Shown here: positions 1-5,343 of the stretch, in pieces
Position numbering within the stretch: the first letter of the stretch is position 1
Layout: the number at the start of each line of letters is the position of its first letter
Assembly (NCBI GenBank): GCA_005191425.1
Contig: SUPR01000158.1
Location: 1-6,187 of the forward strand
Reading direction: 5' to 3'
Source: Candidatus Helarchaeota ASGARD archaeon Hel_GB_B
GTDB lineage: Archaea > Asgardarchaeota > Lokiarchaeia > Helarchaeales > HEL-GB-B
Length of the DNA stretch: 6,187 nt
The notes under the pieces: generated by a model
Told to the model about the DNA's origin: nothing
The model's input: only the letters and a program-made list of their open reading frames with translations
Databases searched by the model: none
Position numbers and translations under genes: made by a program

Positions 1-350
1 ATTTCTAATAATTCATACTCTTTTTTTGCACCTTCTATCCCGATTTCTTTAAAACCAGCTGATATAACTACTACATTTTTAATTCCCTTTTTTCCACAAT
101 CTTCAGCTACCTTCAAACAAATATCTGAAGGAACAACAAATATTGCTAAATCTACTTTTTCTGGAATTTCTAATACACTTTTATAACACTTTAATCCTAA
201 AATTTCTTTCTCTTTTAAATTAATTGGATATATCTGTCCCTGAAATCTATCTATTAAATTTTTTAATATTGCATATCCTACTTTTTTAGGATTTTTTGAT
301 GCTCCAATAACTGCCACTGAATTGATATCGAAAAATCTCTTTAAACGCAT
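1..350 (-). CDS. acdA: ADP-forming acetate/acyl-CoA ligase alpha-type subunit, N-terminal CoA-binding domain (partial, 3' end outside window)
   Basis: My manual translation from ATG at 350 is open to the left edge: MRLKRFFDINSVAVIGASKNPKKVGYAILKNLIDRFQGQIYPINLKEKEILGLKCYKSVLEIPEKVDLAIFVVPSDICLKVAEDCGKKGIKNVVVISAGFKEIGIEGAKKEYELLE. The SVAVIGAS..P.K.G, IYPIN, YKSV.EIP..VDLA and ISAGFKE.G motifs are typical of AcdA/NDP-forming acyl-CoA synthetases. An in-frame TAA two codons upstream fixes the start. Substrate specificity and a possible alpha-beta fusion cannot be judged. Confidence 0.88.
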   Translation of the reverse strand, partial: MRLKRFFDINSVAVIGASKNPKKVGYAILKNLIDRFQGQIYPINLKEKEILGLKCYKSVLEIPEKVDLAIFVVPSDICLKVAEDCGKKGIKNVVVISAGFKEIGIEGAKKEYELLE

Positions 351-371
351 TATTTACAATATTCTTTTAAA

Positions 372-385
372 ATTATTTAAATAAT
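372..385 (-). promoter_or_regulatory. Candidate archaeal TATA box (TTTAAATA, 381..374) for acdA, within a perfect 14-bp palindrome ATTATTTAAATAAT
   Basis: The box lies 24-31 nt upstream of ATG 350, the spacing expected if transcription starts at or near the ATG. No SD motif precedes this ATG. The AT-rich background weakens the call. Confidence 0.45.
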
Positions 386-410
386 CTTCGTAAATTTTAG
401 GATAAATTAA

Positions 411-486
411 ATTTTTAAAAATATAAAAAATCAAAAAGAGAAATAAAATTAAATTAAAATAAAAATATAAAAAACAATAAAATAAT
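411..486 (-). terminator. U-rich tract, candidate archaeal intrinsic terminator of the hdrA-membrane protein transcript
   Basis: Immediately after the TAA at 487-489 the minus strand reads ATTATTTTATTGTTTTTTATATTTTTATTTTAATTTAATTTTATTTCTCTTTTTGATTTTTTATATTTTT, a strongly T-biased run with several oligo-T tracts. Confidence 0.45.
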
Positions 487-894
487 TTAGGAGGTTATTC
501 CAACCTTTTTTTCTAATTTAGGACAAATAAATGCAATCATACCTGCTGATGAACCCCATAATACTGATACCCAAAAGCCACCGCCACAAATAATACATAT
601 TAAAGATGCAGCTATCACAATTATTCCGCCAATATAATATTTTCTCATTAAAATTAATACTCCACCAATTATTATAATTATTGCAAAAGTAAATGATAAA
701 ATGGCAGCTAATATTGGTCCGTTGGTTCCTGTATAAAGATAATTAAATGGTGCAGTTAATTCTTGAACCCAATTTTGACCCAAAACAACATCAAAAACAA
801 TATATAGAATACCTTCTAAAATTAACCAAAAACCTGATATAATTGCTAAAGTTGCGGTTGCTCCCGTAGTAGCTAATTTTTCTGGCTTTGACAT
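487..894 (-). CDS. Hypothetical integral membrane protein (135 aa, about 4 TM helices, Gly-rich)
   Basis: ORF with ATG start preceded by GGGGGG (906..901). Four hydrophobic segments (about aa 12-37, 61-83, 86-104, 106-124) with small-residue GG/GGGF patterns. I do not recognise the family. Confidence 0.8.
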   Translation of the reverse strand: MSKPEKLATTGATATLAIISGFWLILEGILYIVFDVVLGQNWVQELTAPFNYLYTGTNGPILAAILSFTFAIIIIIGGVLILMRKYYIGGIIVIAASLICIICGGGFWVSVLWGSSAGMIAFICPKLEKKVGITS

Positions 895-900
895 TTTATA

Positions 901-906
901 CCCCCC
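901..906 (-). promoter_or_regulatory. Ribosome-binding site (GGGGGG) of the membrane protein gene
   Basis: The minus strand reads CAGGGGGG-TATAAA-ATG, a G-run 6 nt upstream of the start, inside the 19-nt gap after the hdrA stop. Confidence 0.65.
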
Positions 907-913
907 TGTTTAA

Positions 914-2899
914 TTATAATTCTTTTAAAGCTGCTAATATCTGAGAATAAATCTGTTTATCTTTAAAATGGCATTGCGATATTGCACTATTTGGGCAAGC
1001 TGCGGCACATGTTCCACAACCTTTACAAAGAACCTGATTTATATATGATACTAAATGACTTTTACCTTCTACACGAATCATTTGAATAGCTTGATAAGGA
1101 CAGAGATCAACGCATGTTCTACAACCAGTACATTTTGTGATGTCAACAACTGAATAATATGGTTCAATTTCTACTTTTCCTTTACCCATTAATGCAATTG
1201 CACTAGCTGCTGCTCCTTTCGCTTGTGCAACTGTATCTGGAATATCTTTCGGCCCCTGTGCAACTCCTGCAACAAATATTCCATCTGATAATGTATCTAC
1301 TGGTCTTAATTTAGGATGAGCTTCTAATATAAATCCCTTATCGGTTGATAGTCTTAATAATTCTGTTATTTCTTTAGTTTCTTTCCTTGCAACTATAGCT
1401 GTAGCGAGAACTACCATATCTACCTCTATTTCTAATAATCTATCCAAAAATGTATCTTGAAGTCTAACTATTAAATTTTTAGTTTTTGGATCTTCTCTTA
1501 TTTCAGCTACTCTACCCCTTATATAATTTATACCATATTCTCTTTGAACTATTTCATAAAATTCTTCATATCCTTTACCAAAAGCTCTGATATCCATATA
1601 TGAGATATATATTTGAGCTTCTGGATGCTTTTCCTTATATTGTCTTGCCTGTTTAGCGGTATACATACAGCATACTCTAGAACAATATGGGAATTGACCC
1701 TCTTGTAAATTTCTTGATCCTACACATTGAATAAATAAAATTTTTTCAGGTTCTTTTAAATCTGAAGGTCTTTTAACCTTGCCACCTGTTGGACCAAAAC
1801 TACTTAATAATCGTTCCATCTGAATACCTGTTATAACATTTTCATATCTTCCGTATCCATATTCTTCTATTTTTGGGATATAAGGATCGTATCCAGTAGT
1901 AACTATTATTGTTCCAACTTTTAAATCAATTAATTCTGGTTTTTGGTCAAAATCGATTGCTTCAGGTTCACAAACTTTCTGACATAATCTACATTCAATA
2001 CATTTATTTCGATCAATGGTGAATACTAATGGTACAGCTTGTGGAAATGGTACATAAATAGCCTTTCGAGGTGCAAATCCTTCATCAAATTCATTAGGAG
2101 CATAGACGGGACAAACTTGTGCGCATTCACCACAACCAGTACATTTATCTTCAATTACATAACGTGGCTTTTTTTCTATTGTAACTTGAAAATTACCTAC
2201 GAATCCATCTACTTTTTTAACTTCAGAATATGTATATAATTCTATATTTGGATGTTGAGATGTATCTACCATTTTTGGAGTCAATATACAAGCACTACAA
2301 TCCATAGTAGGAAATGTTTTATCTAACTGAGCCATTCGACCTCCTATTGTAGGCCCTTTTTCTATTAAATAAGTTTTATAGCCAGCTGTTGCTATATCTA
2401 GTGCTGCACTAATTCCTGCAATTCCTCCACCTATTATTAAACATGAAGGTTCTATTTCTACCTCTTGAGCCATTAATGGTTCTAAATATGTTGCTTTAGC
2501 TACAGCCATTCTTACTAAATCTTTTGCAATTTTCATTGCTTTCTCAGGTTCTTTCATATGAACCCAAGTATCATGTTCTCGAATATTTGCTTGTTCAAAT
2601 AAAAATTGATTCAATCCAGCCTCTTTACATACTCTTCTAAATGTTGGTTCATGCATTCTTGGTGAACAAGCAGCAACTATAACTCTATTTAAATTTTCTT
2701 CCTTTATCTTCTCTTTTATTAATTCTTGACCTGGATCTGAACACATAAAACGGTAATCTGTAGCAAAGACAACATTTGGAAGAGTCTTTGCATATTCAGC
2801 TAATTCTTGTGGTGAAATTACTCCTGCAATGTTTGTACCGCAGTGGCAAATAAAGACTCCAATTCTAATTTCGTCGGTATTTTTATTATTGTTAGCCAA
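914..2899 (-). CDS. hdrA: CoB--CoM heterodisulfide reductase iron-sulfur/FAD subunit A (HdrA), about 661 aa
   Basis: All hallmark motifs are present: N-terminal IGVFICHCG.NIAG, MCSDPGQ, VAACSPRMHEPTF, FAD-binding GGGIAG, LDKTFPTMDCSACILTPKM, inserted ferredoxin (CTGCGECAQVCP, CIECRLCQKVC), QCVGSR..YCSRVCCMY, MDIRAFGKGYEEFY, EAHPKLRPVDT, AGVAQGPKDIPDTVAQA, and C-terminal ferredoxin (CTGCRTCVDLCP, CKGCGTCAAACP). I prefer TTG 2899 over the ORF-track GTG 2908 as start, because that GTG is part of the SD AGGTG 6 nt upstream of the TTG. Confidence 0.97.
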   Translation of the reverse strand: MANNNKNTDEIRIGVFICHCGTNIAGVISPQELAEYAKTLPNVVFATDYRFMCSDPGQELIKEKIKEENLNRVIVAACSPRMHEPTFRRVCKEAGLNQFLFEQANIREHDTWVHMKEPEKAMKIAKDLVRMAVAKATYLEPLMAQEVEIEPSCLIIGGGIAGISAALDIATAGYKTYLIEKGPTIGGRMAQLDKTFPTMDCSACILTPKMVDTSQHPNIELYTYSEVKKVDGFVGNFQVTIEKKPRYVIEDKCTGCGECAQVCPVYAPNEFDEGFAPRKAIYVPFPQAVPLVFTIDRNKCIECRLCQKVCEPEAIDFDQKPELIDLKVGTIIVTTGYDPYIPKIEEYGYGRYENVITGIQMERLLSSFGPTGGKVKRPSDLKEPEKILFIQCVGSRNLQEGQFPYCSRVCCMYTAKQARQYKEKHPEAQIYISYMDIRAFGKGYEEFYEIVQREYGINYIRGRVAEIREDPKTKNLIVRLQDTFLDRLLEIEVDMVVLATAIVARKETKEITELLRLSTDKGFILEAHPKLRPVDTLSDGIFVAGVAQGPKDIPDTVAQAKGAAASAIALMGKGKVEIEPYYSVVDITKCTGCRTCVDLCPYQAIQMIRVEGKSHLVSYINQVLCKGCGTCAAACPNSAISQCHFKDKQIYSQILAALKEL

Positions 2900-2905
2900 T
2901 TTATA

Positions 2906-2910
2906 CACCT
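2906..2910 (-). promoter_or_regulatory. Shine-Dalgarno AGGTG for hdrA
   Basis: The minus strand reads TAGGTG-TATAAA-TTG GCT AAC, matching the archaeal GGAGGTGA-type SD and the 6-nt spacing seen for the downstream gene. Confidence 0.7.
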
Positions 2911-3349
2911 ATGGCTAGAATCTTACTAAATATTGAATAATAGATAATTTAATTAATTTTATTTTAATTTAACTTCACAAATACAATTTTATTTTTTCGA
3001 TTCGTATTTACTATAAAAATTCAATTTATAATTTTTACTGAATTTAAATTTTTTTAATCATGAAAAATAAAAGTCATTACTATTAATAATATGAAATCAA
3101 TATAAATTAGCTTAATATTAATTGAATTCTTTATTTTTTAAAAATTTATCAATCCTTAAAATTAAAATTTATAATCTATCTAATAATTCAAGTTAAAAAA
3201 ATTATAATTTTAAATTTTAATATTAAGAAAATTAATTAAAAATAAATTTAATATTTAAATAATTTACAAATTTTTAAAGAAAATATGATATAAATTAATA
3301 ATCATTAATAAATTTTTAATTTACTTAATAATAAGGCAGGAATAATAAT

Positions 3350-4312
3350 ATGGAGTTAGCAGATTTATTATTAAAAGATTCAATGAGGTTTATATTATTT
3401 GGTGGTAAAGGTGGAGTAGGAAAAACAACATGTGCAGCGTCAAGTGCAGTTTGGGCTGCAGATCATGGTAGAGAAACATTAATTATTAGTACTGATCCCG
3501 CTCATTCATTAAGTGATAGTTTTAATTTAGACCTAAGTGGTGGTGAAGTAGTTAAAGTTCCTGGATTTGAAAATTTATATGGATTAGAAATTAATCCAAA
3601 ACTAGAGTTCCAAAAATATCAACAGACAATGCAAGAACAACAACCTGAGATACCTCCTGAATTATCGGGTTTTATGGATAGTTTTGAAGATTTTTCTTCA
3701 TTAACACCACCTGGATCAGACGAATCATTAGCTTTTTCTAAAGTTTTAGAATTTATTCAAACTTCAGATTATAAATTTATAATATTTGATACAGCGCCAA
3801 GTGGACATACACTTAGATTATTAAGTTTACCAGAAGTATTAAACAGCTTCTTTGGCAAATTAATAATGATGAGAATGAAAATAGGTCAAATATGGGGTAA
3901 ATTAAAAAGCTTTTTCTCAAGGTCTAAAGAAGATGAAGGTCCTGATAAATTGGAAATTTTAAATACGATGAAAAAAAATATTGAACAAGCCTCAATTGAA
4001 TTATCTGATTCCGAAAAGACAGAATTTGTAATTGTAATGATACCTGAAATGATGGCAATACTTGAAACTGAACGCCTTCTTAGAGCTCTTTACGAATATG
4101 AAATACCTGTTCATAACATTATTATTAATCAAATTATACCCCCTAATTCAGAATGTGAATTTTGTAATTCAAGAAGAAAAATGCAACTAAAAAATTTAGA
4201 AGAAATTAAAAAATTATATGATGAGTTTAATATAATAGAAATGTTATTAAGACCAACTGAAATAAGAGGTATAGATTTATTAAGAGAATTTGGAAAAGAT
4301 TTATTAAAATAA
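3350..4312 (+). CDS. get3: ArsA/Get3(TRC40)-family ATPase, single-domain, Get3-like
   Basis: Deviant P-loop GGKGGVGKTT, Switch I STDPAHSLSD, PGSDE motif, Switch II DTAPSGHTLRLL, Met/hydrophobic-rich helical insert (NSFFGKLIMMRMKIGQIWGKLKSFF), IIINQI, Zn-dimerisation CxxC (CEFC, 4154-4165) and EIRG. A single 320-aa domain rather than the tandem-domain ArsA pump ATPase. Family confidence is high; the Get3-like versus ArsA assignment is an inference from motifs. Confidence 0.9.
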   Translation: MELADLLLKDSMRFILFGGKGGVGKTTCAASSAVWAADHGRETLIISTDPAHSLSDSFNLDLSGGEVVKVPGFENLYGLEINPKLEFQKYQQTMQEQQPEIPPELSGFMDSFEDFSSLTPPGSDESLAFSKVLEFIQTSDYKFIIFDTAPSGHTLRLLSLPEVLNSFFGKLIMMRMKIGQIWGKLKSFFSRSKEDEGPDKLEILNTMKKNIEQASIELSDSEKTEFVIVMIPEMMAILETERLLRALYEYEIPVHNIIINQIIPPNSECEFCNSRRKMQLKNLEEIKKLYDEFNIIEMLLRPTEIRGIDLLREFGKDLLK

Positions 4313-4370
4313 CTAAATTTTATATGTTATAACTTATTAAAAATAAATATATTATAAATAAAAATTTTAA

Positions 4371-4407
4371 TTTTATAAATATTATAAAAAAGTTTATTTT
4401 ATTTTTT
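4371..4407. terminator. Candidate bidirectional terminator between convergent get3 and yjbQ-1
   Basis: Inverted repeat TTTTATAA-ata-TTATAAAA (4371-4389) followed by a T-rich tract on + (4393-4407), with T-rich sequence beyond it on the minus strand as well. The 96-bp gap has only about 4 G/C, so the stem could be chance. Confidence 0.3.
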
Positions 4408-4408
4408 A

Positions 4409-4828
4409 TTATTCTCCAATAACTGTAACTACTAATCTTCTATTTCTAGGTCTTGTATCTAATTCAACAAAACATATTTGTTGCCATGTACCTAATGTTA
4501 AAACTCCATTTGTAAAAGGAACTGTTAAAGAAGGGCCTAATAAACTGGCTCTACAATGTGAATGTCCATTATCATCATGCCAAGTTTCATGGTGGAAATA
4601 ATATTCATTTTTTGGTGCAATTCGCTCTAATATTCTTGGAAAATCCTTTTTTAAACCCGGTTCATATTCTATAGTAATGAGACTTCCTGTTGCTCCTGGA
4701 ACAAAAACATTAACTATACCTTCTTTTAATCCACTTTTTTTAACTATATTTTGAACTTTACTCGATATATCAATCATATCAACTTCGCCAGAAGTTGAAA
4801 TTCTAATCTCATCTTTTATTACTGTCAT
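4409..4828 (-). CDS. yjbQ: YjbQ/UPF0047 family protein (annotated as secondary thiamine-phosphate synthase), divergent 'PGATG..IEYEPGL' type
   Basis: Motifs Y.H...D.NGHSH.RASLLGPS and LTLGTWQQI.FVELD.RPR.R. SD GGTGA at 4840..4836 precedes ATG 4828. Confidence 0.93.
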   Translation of the reverse strand: MTVIKDEIRISTSGEVDMIDISSKVQNIVKKSGLKEGIVNVFVPGATGSLITIEYEPGLKKDFPRILERIAPKNEYYFHHETWHDDNGHSHCRASLLGPSLTVPFTNGVLTLGTWQQICFVELDTRPRNRRLVVTVIGE

Positions 4829-4900
4829 ATTATTATCACCAAAAAATTATTTCTTAAATTATAATTTTATATTTTTATTAAAAGATAAGTAGGTGATTTT
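4829..4900. promoter_or_regulatory. 72-bp divergent control region: SD GGTGA (-, 4840..4836), SD AGGTGA (+, 4891-4896), central palindrome AAATTATAATTT (4856-4867)
   Basis: Both SDs are directly visible at normal spacing. Both genes start here, so promoters for both must lie in or overlap this interval. Exact TATA positions are uncertain. Confidence 0.6.
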
Positions 4901-5311
4901 TTGAATATCACAGTAAAAAAATTACAAATTAGGACCAAAAAATCAGTTGAATTAATTAATATAACCCCTGAAATAAATGAAATTATTTATAATCTAAAAG
5001 TCAAAAATGGATTTGTTCTAATCTACACAAAACACACTACTACAGCTTTAATTATTAATGAAAATGAAGATAGATTACTCTCTGATATAAAAGAAACATT
5101 GTTAAGAATAGTACCAAAAGGTGCGGGGTATAAACATGACCAGATTGATAACAATGCGCATTCTCATATAATTGCAAGTCTGATAGGAAATTCATTATGT
5201 ATTCCTATCATTAATGGTTCAATGGACTTAGGAACATGGCAAAGTATTCTTTTTATAGAATTAGATGGACCAAGAACTCGAACTATTACAGTTCAAACTT
5301 ATTCTGAATAA
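4901..5311 (+). CDS. yjbQ: YjbQ/UPF0047 family protein, canonical 'HTT.A...NEN' type
   Basis: TTG start with SD AGGTGA 4 nt upstream. Motifs KHTTTALIINENE, YKHD..DNNAHSHI.ASLIG.S and LGTWQSILFIELDGPRTR. Confidence 0.95.
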   Translation: MNITVKKLQIRTKKSVELINITPEINEIIYNLKVKNGFVLIYTKHTTTALIINENEDRLLSDIKETLLRIVPKGAGYKHDQIDNNAHSHIIASLIGNSLCIPIINGSMDLGTWQSILFIELDGPRTRTITVQTYSE

Positions 5312-5343
5312 TTAAAAAATATTATATTTAAATAAAATTATAT

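Noticed and set aside
487-894. Membrane protein as a tail-anchored Get3 client
   Set aside because: It is polytopic with an N-terminal TM helix, not a single C-terminal anchor, and is not transcribed with get3.
2039-2239. 66-aa + strand ORF from the track
   Set aside because: It lies wholly antisense to the highly conserved hdrA, has no SD and no recognisable motif; a shadow ORF.
2570-2572. Asp in HdrA NIREHDTWVH where many homologues have Cys (REQCSWVH)
   Set aside because: From recall, Methanothermobacter-type HdrAs also have EHDSWVH, so this is a known natural variant rather than a lesion.
2900-2908. GTG 2908 as the hdrA start (MYK extension)
   Set aside because: The GTG is part of the SD AGGTG; TTG 2899 has proper SD spacing. 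Not proven without proteomics.
3060-3086. Mini-ORF MKNKSHYY in the spacer
   Set aside because: Only 8 codons, no SD and no link to a downstream gene; expected by chance.
2922-3349. Possible replication origin / DNA-unwinding element
   Set aside because: No ORB-like (GTTCCAGTGGAAAC or G-string) repeats and no adjacent cdc6/orc1; AT richness alone is insufficient.
374-5334. TATTTAAATA repeated at 374-383, 3252-3261 and 5325-5334
   Set aside because: An A/T-only 10-mer in ~90% AT spacers, with one copy in a convergent gap; compatible with chance.
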